Below are positions 39,579-52,024 of a stretch of DNA of 64,000 nt, one piece after another (the first letter of the stretch is position 1; every line of letters starts with the position of its first letter). The DNA comes from Octopus vulgaris (taxonomy: Eukaryota). Position numbers and translations under genes: made by a program. A model generated the notes under the pieces. It saw only the letters and a program-made list of their open reading frames with translations. It searched no databases and was not told the origin of the DNA. The stretch lies in contig OX597822.1 in assembly GCA_951406725.2 (NCBI GenBank), positions 28,706,001-28,770,000 on the forward strand, read 5' to 3'.

Positions 39579-41561
39579 CTACGGAGTTATATTCGTTGAT
39601 GTTGTTTTATGAGCGAAATTAACATCAACAGATTCTTTTGTGGATGTTTTTGTAATTTTTTGCAGATTCTGAAAAATACTGCGTCGAGCAATACTTGTTG
39701 ATAGAAACGATAAACATATAAGTAATCCAACGAATGAGTTTAAAATGCAAAATAATAGAGAAAATTCTTCAATTCTTGTAAACGTATACAGAAATGCGAA
39801 TGTCCATGTTAGTCCCATGATAAAGAATAGTTTTACGCAAATGATAAACTCCAATTTCTTATGTTTTGATAAATATTTCGAAGAGAGTTTGCGTGCCAAA
39901 TAGAGCCCTCTAGCAGTGAGGGTAAAGGCTACGAAATTAAGACATAAAATAATCATTACAGGGATTAAAAAAAAACATAGCAGACTTTTTCCATTTTTAA
40001 TCCAGCAAATATCTTTTCCATAGTCTGGGGAAAGTCCGTGATTTCCAGGAATATACTCAAATATCAGTGATACTGTTACTATTACAAGTGGACAGATCCA
40101 AGCATACAAGGAATACAATACAAATCTCTTGGTGTTTTTTCCTTTACTTCGAATTTGTGTGAGTCCTGAGAAAGTGTGACAGGCATCAAATGACATGACA
40201 TTCGTCCAGAAGAAAGTCGCTAGAAGGGAATAATGCATTACTACAGCTAAAGATTTACACAACACTGTAGATTTAGTAATTTGGGATGAGATGAGAAAGA
40301 GAAGCTCAGCTACAAACAATGCCGACAAAAGACTAATGAGTAATTTACCTGGTAAGGTACGGAGATCAGGTATACAGAGATAGACTATAATGGTGATTGC
40401 TAGAGCTGGAATAGAGATTACGAGTCCCACTAATGTGATATAGATCTCAGCTACGGAATATTTTGATATACCATTGATATTTGATATATTATTGGTACCA
40501 TTGTATACACAGATACTTATTATACCTTGAGAATCACGAGTGAATTCTGATTGGTTCAGCAAACGTTGGGTATTATTTAAGTAGAGAAGACCATCACTAG
40601 TGACGTAATACTCAGATTCATTTAATTTTGTTGTCATACATTTTAGCGGCGGATGGTAGATAACTTGTCGACATTTCTTAAATCTCAAATCGTAGATAGT
40701 GTATTTTGGACAGGAGGGAGACAGCACATATATATTTTCCGTTTTGCGTAATTCATTTACCTTTACAGTATTGGTATCATAATCAAAAAGTATTGTTAGA
40801 GGAACACGTATTAGATTTTGAACTAATTCAGGATAAATCACTTCACAAATATCACTGGAAAACCCGTTGCATATAGCACAAACTTTGTTTTTGTAAACTT
40901 TATATTTAATTTTGCCATCTACATCATATGGTTCCGTCTCCACATATATCAATGCCATTGGCTCAGACTCACATGCCATTATTTGTTCCTTATTATTGTT
41001 ATCTTGAGGACAATTCGAAATTTATGGTGTACAATGATGCAAATATTTGATCAAATATGATTGAAGCTTTACTGTTGGCCTACATCTATCCTTGAAATTA
41101 TTTGATATATTTTCAAAGGTTACATTAGAGTTTCTGTAGCAGTTATATAAAAGATTGCAGAGAATGAATTCCTCTCCATGACACAGAGCACAATACAGGT
41201 TCCTGTAGAGTCTTTTACTTGTTTTACCAAAAGCAGGAATGATCTGCAGTTGATCCTCTGAGTCCGGATATTCACAGTTGTTAACATACTCAATAACATC
41301 ATGGTTATCTGGACAACGGTCAAACTGATAAGCATAATAATCACCAGCTTTTCGGCAACTCATAGTTGGGTAGTATGTGATAGAAGAGGTCTTATGAATA
41401 ATGTCAGAACAGCATTCATTGTAGAGGTAGCAGTCTGGTTGACACGAACAACGTTCCGATGCGCCATCTGAACACAAAGCTGGGCTACAATTGTTGAAGT
41501 ATCCTGCATGTGTTATAAAACTTGAGAACAAAAGAACGCAAACTAAAAACAATGTTTCCAT
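39579..41561 (-). CDS. Intronless secretin-class (methuselah/adhesion-like) GPCR, copy B; ~660 codons interrupted by one in-frame TAA at 41022-41024
   Basis: ORFs 41022..41633 and 39579..40979 share a frame; manual translation across the gap reads HHCTP*ISNCPQDNNNKEQIMACES. Signal-peptide-like METLFLVCVLLFSSFITHA (ATG 41561), SMB-like CSCQPDCYLYNECCSD, two Y-R/K-N-x2-CA-x-C motifs, then 7tm_2-type motifs (LRTLPGKLLISL, HYSLLATFFW, YSLYAWICP, PDYGKDICWI, KLFFIMGLTW). Confidence 0.85.
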
Positions 41562-41994
41562 TTTAAAAGATATAATTAATGATGCATGAATTAACCTTTC
41601 AAATCCTAATAGTTCTTTGATATTTTGCTTCATTGCTGTAAATTTACAAGATCTGACAGGTATTTTTAAAATTTTGCAATGTTTCCTAATGATACAATGA
41701 CTATTACCTTAACAATATTTTCATTCCGAAGCGGAACAATGAAATTAATTTCGGTAGATTTAGATTCTTGGATTTTATTGGTATTAAATGTTGAATGTTC
41801 GCGACTCGGCTACTTAGCGTCACATATATGCATGTATGAATATATATAGATCCGAAGATAGTTGAGGCATCTGCAAAAGAACAAATATTTCATTAAACAT
41901 ACTATTATTGTAAACATTGATACTTATTCAAGCACACACATGTACACGCAAAAGCACACAAGCTTATACACAGATAAACACACACGCCTGATAT

Positions 41995-42081
<87 letters not shown>

Positions 42082-42084
<3 letters not shown>

Positions 42085-42463
42085 AATAATTTACAAGATA
42101 AGGGCAGAAGAAAAATTCTAATGCCAAATATGCCGAAACAAAAAATTGTCGATAACCATTATAATATATGCGTCTCGTAACAAACCGATAGAAATCTCTA
42201 AAAACTTCGTTAAAAGATATAATTAATGATGCATGAATTCGAGTAAGTATTTCACTTATATCTCGCGTATTTGCCGCTGAAGAGGGGAAAATTTACTTAT
42301 GAATTAACCCCGAAATTGGACCAATAGGGTAATAACGAATTTTTTAGAGATTTCTATCGGTTTGTTTCGAGACGCATATATTATAATGGTTATCGACAAT
42401 TTTTTGTTTCGGAATATTTGGCATTAGAATTTTTATTCTGCCCTTATCTTGTAAATTATTTAT
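42082..42463. mobile_element. Inverted-repeat element (~130-bp arms) enclosing a hammerhead motif (+ 42271-42332)
   Basis: Arms 42082-42212 and 42333-42463; ttgccg-CTGAAGA-gggg...cccc-GAAA-ttgg a ccaa-TA-gggtaa. Confidence 0.75.
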
Positions 42464-42544
42464 AAATTTAACCTTTAAAGGTATTTTTTGATATGCTGGC
42501 CATTGATAAAAATTTTTACCGAAAATAATTTTATCCTATATTAG

Positions 42545-42591
<47 letters not shown>

Positions 42592-42730
42592 ACTATAAAA
42601 AGGGGCAAAAGAAAAGAGTCCAATGCCAATTATGCCGAAAATAGACTTAATCGTCAATAACCATATAATTTATCACTATAAGCACGCGTCTCGAAAGCAA
42701 GCCGACAGAAATATCTAAACAATTTCGTCA

Positions 42731-42793
42731 TTATCGAATCGGCCCCCGATTTCTGAGTTAATTCATTTAGAATTTTCTCGTCATCAGTGATAA
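42731..42793 (-). ncRNA. Hammerhead motif in a related diverged element (42590-42960)
   Basis: ttatca-CTGATGA-cgag...ctca-GAAA-tcgg ggg ccga-TT-cgataa. Confidence 0.65.
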
Positions 42794-43023
42794 ATAAGAT
42801 AAGAAAATTAATGAGATACTTACTTGTACCCACGGAAGAAGTAAACACTAAGTCCTGTGTACACTTAAGTACTCCAAATATATTCAAAATAGAAATTCAA
42901 CTGCATACTCCGAAATACGTGTGATTCACTTCGGGACTCTCTCACTCTATGAGAATTTTTGTCCGATCACATATTTTTTTATATTTATTATTATTATTAT
43001 TATTATTATTGTTATTATTATTA

Positions 43024-43069
<46 letters not shown>

Positions 43070-45085
43070 TACTAGTGTTGTTGTTATACATACATACATA
43101 CAAGCATACGTAATGAAAATAATAATAAGTGGATGTAAACACATGAACAAAATAAGAATAAATAAAAACAACAATAAAAGCAAATTACACGAACGTATAA
43201 AAACAGAAGATACAAATATTACAGGCATCCCTCCACCACACACTAACTAACTAAACATAGACGCACATAGAGATATAAGCGTGCGCAAATGAAGACATAC
43301 AATAGAAATACAAAATGGCTGACGGTTAGTAACGGATGACATAAATAAGACAGAAGAATACAAAGGACCCCTGATGTGGTCACAGGAGTGTGACAAAAGA
43401 ACTCTGGCCGAAATTAGATTAAGATTAATGTACAAAATAAATATCACTGAAGCAAAATAACACCAAATATATAGTGCGTGTGTTTTTATTGGCTAAAACT
43501 GGCAAAATGACCATTCCGAAATATGACAATATCTGTTTTAACACACGACTTCACATAAAAAATCTTGCACAACAAATATATAAACGTACAATAATACGGC
43601 TGAAACAAAATAAAAGCAGAGAGGCGCAACGAAGGAGAAGGATAAATTTTGTCAGTGTCTTACCGCTGTGCAGAGGAAAACAGTGATATCATTACGCAGA
43701 AAGCATTGCTTAATTTTTGCATGTTCCTGATATCCAGAGTTGGTCTAAGAACTGAGATTGTGGAAGCATTCGCACCTGCAGCTGTTAATTGATGTTTAAT
43801 GAAACCAGAATGGGTAAAATGTCATTAAGAGAGAGAAGGATAAAGATGTTACCGATAGAATAAGACGGATTTTCATTAAAACTTGGATGGGACAAATGTC
43901 GTTAAAAGAGAGAGGGGTAGACGGACATATCTCCAAGAGAGTGTCAACGAAGGAGAGGTACGAAGACTTGCTGGTATGTGGCAGATCTGTTGAGTAGTAA
44001 ACAAAGAACAATGAGAGAAGATGAAAAAAAGAAGAGAAAACAGTGTGATCCATATCGAGGATAAATTTGTTAATTTACATGCAATCGTCTATAAACAAAC
44101 AATGATTGAGAATTGTGAAGTAGCAAAGATTTCCGCCTACGGCAAAATCTGTATTTCTACTGAGACCAGGATGGGCCGTATGGTATTAACAAGGAGGTGG
44201 ATGGAGAGGAAGAGAAATGACAGAGATATCCCCAACAGAGTGGCAACGAATGAGGGGACCGAAGGTCTTCAGTATGTGGCAGCAGTATTGAAGAAGAAAA
44301 TAAAGAATAATAAGGAAAAGAAAAGAAAAAGGGAGAAAACAGTAACATTAACACAAAGGAAGAGATGACAAGGGACAAATTTACAATACCTAGGAAATAT
44401 TTCAGGAAAAGTTCCTATTTTTACGGAGAACGTATGTATTAATTTGCATGCAAGACAATATTTTTCTTACCTATGCCCAAAGTCGGCAGGAGAGTTCAGA
44501 AGTCAGAAGGATTTCCGTCAACAGATGTAGTTAGATTGTTAATGAAAAGAGGAGGGGCAGAATATTATCAAGGGAGTAAGGCCAAGAGAAAAAGAGAATG
44601 TGTGAACAACGGAGATATTACAAATAGACGAGCAACTTCTATTGGGATGTCGCAGTTGTGTTGAGAAAAAAAGACAGAGATAGACAGAGAAAGAAAAGGA
44701 GAGAAAACAGTAATATTATCAGTGAGAAGGGAGTGACGAGGAAGAAATTGACTATATTTAGGAAACCATTCCGAAAAACATTGATATCCTTTCGGAAAAT
44801 ACAATAGTTTATTAGAATTGAAAATTATACTGCACTTATTAATAGATTTTAAGTTAAAATGGGAGGTAAAAAAATTTATTAAAACAGAGAGGGAAAGACA
44901 GAAACAGACTGAGAGGGTGAGTGATAATGGCAGAGATATCACCAAGAGAGGGTCAACGAACGAGAAGTTTGAAAGTCATCAGAAGAATTGATTAGTTAAT
45001 TAACCTGTATAACTTGCATTTAACATATGATCATGCAATCTAGATCCATACATATATATTTATACACACACACACACACACACAC

Positions 45086-45131
<46 letters not shown>

Positions 45132-45723
45132 GTAAATGTATGCATATATATATATATATGTATATGTATGCATGTATATGTGTGTATATGAATATATGTG
45201 TACGTGTATGTATGCATGTATATATATATATGTGTGTGTGTGTGCATGTGTGTGCGTGTTGTATTATACATATATATATATATATACGTCTACATCTTCA
45301 TCTATGCGCATTTGCATTCTTTGTAGGTGTGTGTATATATTAGAGTGAATTTGTGTATACATGTACGCGGGCGTATGTTTATATATGTATATCCATACAT
45401 ATATGTATATGTGTGTGTATGTGTATATCTATGCATATCCATGTACATAATTACGTATGTGTATACGTCGGTGTATTAACACGAGTGTGTCAAACTTTGC
45501 ACAGACGTTTGTATCTTGCTTTACGTGCGAATGTATGCACATATTTATCTATGCTATGTATGTATATTTATGTATATATACACGTGTGTACCTACATATA
45601 TGAGATCCTATACATATATATATGTATGTATTCGTCCATGCGTATGCGTATGTGCGTGTATCTAGTGGTATGTATATACCCATATCCTTCGATGTGCGTG
45701 TTTGAGCGCGTATGTATATGTGC

Positions 45724-45757
<34 letters not shown>

Positions 45758-46058
45758 ATGTATGTATGTATGTATGTATCTGTGTAAGTATATGTGCGTC
45801 TAAGCACGAACACACACAAAAAATTTTCGTCTAAGTATTATCTTCCTTTCAACTTTTGCATCCTTTTCTCTCTCTCTTAACACTTACTACAGTGAAGACT
45901 CATTACGTCATTTTCTCTAAACTAGAATGTTCCATGTTCATATTTGAATTTTTTGGCGTTTTAATTTTTCCTTGTTTTTTACTCATTCGCGAAGTTGATG
46001 GACATATAGCAGTACGTAAAATCGAATGAGAAAATCTCTAGTAAGACTCTTTACTGAT

Positions 46059-46100
46059 GTACCTGAAGAGACCCATAACGGGTCGAAACAAGTGTCGTAC
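46059..46100 (+). ncRNA. Minimal hammerhead ribozyme motif
   Basis: gtac-CTGAAGA-gaccc ataac gggtc-GAAA-c aagt g-TC-gtac, followed by aataaa. Confidence 0.75.
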
Positions 46101-46501
46101 CCAATAAAATATTTTACTCAATCCATCTATTTTATTAATACTGTTACCCTAACCGCCACTACGAAGTTCCTACAGTAAATCTACGAATAACAACATATAA
46201 ACAAAACTGTACCGGTGCTTTACTCATCTTTTTATACATTTTGTATAATTTCTCCATTATATGTAAATATTTATGAGAGGTATTCGTATCTAGAAGACAC
46301 AAATGGTAGCAGGTAACGCTAAGTAAATGCTATGGACAGACCGTAGTTAAACTCTTGGTTCGATAATGATACGACTGAGGAGTCTAAGGTGTGTCTTGTA
46401 ATAGCATGCAAATATATGTTAGATAGAATGAGATAACAAAGCAAAGTTGTGAGATTTCAGGACATGTATAATGGAATAGTCTTACATATACACATATATA
46501 T

Positions 46502-46566
<65 letters not shown>

Positions 46567-46690
46567 GTTGATTGATATGCGTCCAATAACACCATACATG
46601 TTCCAAGTCCTCGCGTTGTGCTTTCTCTTTGTTCATGTTTGGAGTAACTACACATATATATATATATATATGTGCGTGCGTGTGTGTGTT

Positions 46691-46741
<51 letters not shown>

Positions 46742-46744
<3 letters not shown>

Positions 46745-47560
46745 TTCATCAACGAGATGTCCAATAGATGAGACTGCGACCTCATGCTTTTTAGCTAATG
46801 AGAAGAACACTTTCGAGTTGGCACCAGTTTTCAGGGTATGAGTAGACCAGTTAATACAGGGGAAATTGAGATTGCCCATCATTAAAATATTATCAGGTTG
46901 ACATTGTTGAATGAAAGACTTGATGTTCGTGAGGCAGTCCTTTAAGCACAATAGCGGTGCATGAGCTGACCTGTAGAGCCCAATTATTTCTAAATCATTG
47001 TGATACTGATTCACAATAACCCTTGGAAAATGTGACATTTCTTTCTGCAGTAAATGAGTCTTGTAGGAAAATGACAAATCCTACCATTTTTCTACCTCGG
47101 ATTGTGGTGAAATTCCTTACTTTTACTTTCAGCTTCCAAGTGGGAGTTGTTAAGGTAGCTTTTAGTAAGGAAGAAGACGGGAATGTGGTGAGTGTGGTCG
47201 GTAACCCAATCCTCAATGGATTGCATGGAAGGGTGTGCTTATGCCTTGAACATTGAGACTGGAGTAGTGGCCTGGTCAGACATTTTTAGAGGTCTCGGTA
47301 GAAATTTATGGGTTAATGACAGTGACGAGGATAGGTTTTGCACTGAGGTAGAGGCAGAGGTTGATTCCGTGTGATAGCCATGATATTCTTCTGGATCTCT
47401 TTGGGTCTCTTCTGGATCTCTTTTGATAACCTGGTTAAGGAGATCTCCGTGGCTGGAGTTGTGTCTACATTCACAGTTATGTTGATTGATTCGGACCAGA
47501 TGGAGGATATGTAAACGGAACACTTTTCCCCTTAAATTTCTTTTTTTACGGAATCCCACG
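46742..47560 (-). mobile_element. Duplicated, internally deleted copy of the 30.4-31.9 kb LINE fragment
   Basis: Matches 30430-30508 joined to 31157-31920; ILMMGNLNFPCINW. Confidence 0.8.
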
Positions 47561-48426
47561 TTTTAGGCTATGGAGATTTCGATTCTAAAGAAAATTTTTC
47601 AAAAATTCGCAAATACAAAATTTCAATTTCCACTCCTCCATTTCTTCATTTTGCACTTTTTCCGGTAATATTTTTTTGGCCAAATACGAACAATCTGAAA
47701 AATAAAACTGTTTGTAAATTTTGAAGCAGGCTATTTACATGCTAGAAATAACAGCCGAATCTCAGCATTTATAAAGAGAAGGTCTTGCAGCTGTTTCTAG
47801 GATATTAATTAATAATATCACCTCATCGGAGACGGTGTGAGAGGAAACTTAAGTCATAGTTAGTTTAAAGAGTGAGGTGGAGGAAAGAAAATAGATGTAA
47901 GATATGTATGGGTATTGATGTTGTAAATCCGTTTTATAGGCATAATGGTATATATGCAATATTCTAATATTCTTTGAGTAAAATCCAAAAGTCCAACAGG
48001 GTTTAATATGAGTCCTTCCAAATATAGAGTTTATAAGCAATGTAAGATTCCATTATGATTGAGATCCATCAGATTTTTAAACTTGGTCATTCCCAGTAGG
48101 AAATTTATATAGAGTGATGCAGAGTCAAAGATTTGTGACTTAACTCTGCTCTCACACCGTCTTCGATGAAGGGATATTATTAATTAATATCCCAGAAACA
48201 GCTGTAAGACCTTCTATCTATAAAGGCTCTAATATCTATACAGCCTTAGTTTTTTATCTTATTTTGCGCAAAAAGGTCTTATGTACACACGCTGACATAG
48301 AACCAACGTTGAACCCTTTATTCGCAATATCACCGAATCTGGAACTTAACTATGGTCTGTCTATAGCACTTATTCAGCATTACCTGATACCTTTGGGTCT
48401 CAGTGATACCATTATCTCTTATATAC

Positions 48427-48485
<59 letters not shown>

Positions 48486-50606
48486 TCTCCCCATCATCGC
48501 TAGACAACAGACGTTGGTGGGTTTATGTCCCCGTAACTTAACGGTTCGGCAAGAGAGACCAATAGAATAAATACTAGGCTTACAAAGACTAAGTCTTGAG
48601 GTCGATTTGTTCAAAATTTAGATTCAGATGAACATTGTACTTAAGTCAAAGGCACCAGAATTTTGTATGGTATTATCCACATAAATCAAATGGGGTGATT
48701 ATAATCAAAATAAGCAACATGTATATCCGAGGTAGAGTAGTACAATTTTTTCATGCTACTTCATTTTATTAAACACTGTAAGTATTACATCAGTTTAAAA
48801 ATGTCGAGCAATCTTCAGCATGCACATTCTTAGCCCTACTTCATTTGCCAACATTATAAAGAGGGTAGATATATAGACAGAGAGGTTGATTTCATTCTTG
48901 AGAATATGATAGCAGCAGATTCACTCTCTGACTGTAGATTTTATCATTGAGTTCACTTTGTTATTTAGATCTGTCAGTGGGGAGATGGATTTTATTTTTG
49001 GTTTGATGGAGACAAAGAATTTTTCTATTTATAGATATAGGAAGGGGTAGTATAAATGTCAAAACCATAAACCTGTTCCCATTTTGAGGAATTCAGTTTA
49101 GATACATTTGAATGTATTATAGCAAGAAGCTGGTAGGGTGAAGTTAGAGGGGTAGAGGAACATAGGCTACTAGTGCTCTAGAGGTTTTAATGTCCTTTAC
49201 CATTTAACAATCAGATTCCATATTAAGAAATTTAACTAAATATTCTTTAGATAATTTTCTAAAGAATTTCTATAAATTTAGTATCTTGTATAGGGATAGA
49301 AAATATAGAAATCATTTCATATTTATATAAATATATCTATATATATCCATTTCTATTAATATATAATCATAATTAGCTAGTAAATGGTGATTTTTATTGA
49401 GTTGAATTAAAAGAAAATGTTATACATAATATTTACTAACTGTGGAAAGAAAAACTTTATTAATTTAGCACATATATCAGGAGTCAATAAAATATATTAA
49501 AAACGTAATGAAAGGTAGGTAATCGTGATAAACGAAGTAATTTCTCTAGATATATAGAATTTTTTACAGTTATTTCATATCCATATATCTTCATTTCTAT
49601 TGATATATAATCATAATTAGCTAGTAAAAGGTGATTTGTTTTATTAATGAGTCGAATTGAAAGAATATGTTATGCATAATATTTACTTACTGTGAAGAAA
49701 AACTTTATCAATTTGATAAATATATCAGGAGCCAATAAGATATATTAAAAAGTAATGGAAGGGAGGTAATCAAGATGAACAAAGTAATTTCCCTAGATAT
49801 ATAGAGTATGTTTCCATCCTATATAGGAGAGTATCAAAACAATTCTAATTTCATTATATTCAGATTTATATATATAATGAAATTTCTTAGTAATCTATGC
49901 AGGTTAAATATAAGCTAGTATGGTATATTAATTATTTATCATCTAACAATGAAATTTTTAATTCTCACTCAAATCATTATAATGTTGCTTTATCTGGAAC
50001 TGGATACGACCAGGAAATCACCTTCTTAGATCTTGATAATGTAGTTCTTTCAAATGAATAAATGAATGAAAATAGCGGAAATAATATAGAATCTTCTATT
50101 TAAAAAAAATATAAATCAATTGAAACGAGTAACCTAGTATATAAACCTGATACAATAATTAGAAATGGTAAACAGATCATAAATAAGTATAAAAATTTAA
50201 GCTAGATAAAATAAATATAAATAGTAATTAAAAAATCTCTCCAACAGAGAAAAAACCTAATAAACATAAATATAAGACTAAAGAGAATAACGAATCTCTG
50301 AAGGATATAGATAACATTAATCTTCCCAACCTTACTCAAAAAAAATGTTGTATGGTTAAATATCCCCTTCAACTATACGATTTCTACGAACATATACGGC
50401 AAATTTAAGTCTATACTAGAAAAAAACTTCCCTACTTCCCATAAATATTATAGAATAATTTCTAATAGATCAGTAAGAATATCATACTCTACTCTTCCAA
50501 ATATGGGTACCATAAGAGCTTGACTAAATAGAAAAAATATCAAGTTAGCTAGAAATGGAATAAATAGTAACAACAAGAACAAGAATAATGATAATAATAA
50601 TAATAA

Positions 50607-50716
<110 letters not shown>

Positions 50717-51985
50717 TTAATAATAATAATAATAATAATAATAACATTAATATTAGCAATAATAATGATAATATCAATGATATAAAAATGTGGAATGTTA
50801 CGAAATTGGGAAAAGATTAATAACAAACAGCCCTAACTTATATAACAATATAATTATAGATAAGGGAAATAACACTAATGCGAATAACAGCTCAAGTAAT
50901 GAAATTGAAAACAGCTTGTTCCTAAATAATATTAATACCCAGAATCATAAAAGCTAGTATGATATATAAATTTTTTATTTGGTTTCAAATTATTAAGATT
51001 TCAAAATTTAGATATGGTCAGAATGTTATTATTTAAAATACTTAAACGTACGGGTAGCACAAAGTATACAAGATTCCCTAGTTCGGAACGGTTATTCAAT
51101 ATGTTTGTATTATTCCTATGTTTAAATCAGCCGAAACGTTATGGTTACAACAAACAAGATGACACATATCCGTCCAGTGTAAATAATGTAAACACAAGTT
51201 TTCTTCCTTTCTTAAACTGCCTGGAACCCTATTTTGTATATTTTCGATCCAAAAATGCACATCGGCTTCTCTCGATTAAACTTTCTCAAGAAGATTACCA
51301 AAGCTTCTAGACCAAACTACATATTCACAATTTTAGCAGATGTTTTTTCATTATTTTTTGTTTACATATGAATAAATTACTGGGAATTCAAACTTACATC
51401 ATATTTCAAAATATAATCACAAATTCTCATAACAATCAATCTGTTTTAAAATGCTTTAAAATTGATTCATCTTTTGTTGTTTATTCTTCCACTACCGTTT
51501 TCAAATCTTAGATCACAGGCAGATGTTATCGAAAATGGAACGGATTTCACAAAAGTCCATCCATTGAAGATTTATTTGATAAACCTTATTACATGTTGAT
51601 ATTAATCTACCCGTTAAGGCAATGGGATGGCAGAACCATTAGCACACAAGGCAAAAGACACATCGCAGCATTTCATCTCCTCGAAAATTGCTACCTTTTT
51701 GCCAAAACTTGGAATCAATATTACTGTATTGGTTCTTTCACATTTCCTTTCACTTAGCTATCGATTGCTCCCAATATCAACCATTATGCATTTGCATTTG
51801 ACTCTCTTCTTCTATGTGTATACCAATGACCGTATGTACGATCATAAGTGCATGAAAAATACATATATGTGTGTGTATGTGTGTGTGCGTGTATTCGTAA
51901 AACTTTATGCATACATGTACATACATATTCAATTATACTCCTAAACATCTATACTTACACACACAAACACACACATACACACACA

Positions 51986-52024
<39 letters not shown>

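Noticed and set aside
40980-41030. Intron removing the stop codon in GPCR B
   Set aside because: The interval reads in frame as a plausible Cys-containing segment, its NNNKEQI part is shared with copy C, and no convincing GT-AG pair was seen.
41562-41633. Upstream ATG (MKQNIK...) as the GPCR start
   Set aside because: The homologous position in copy A reads GTG AAG TAA, and the signal peptide begins at the shared MET; the downstream ATG is preferred but not proven.
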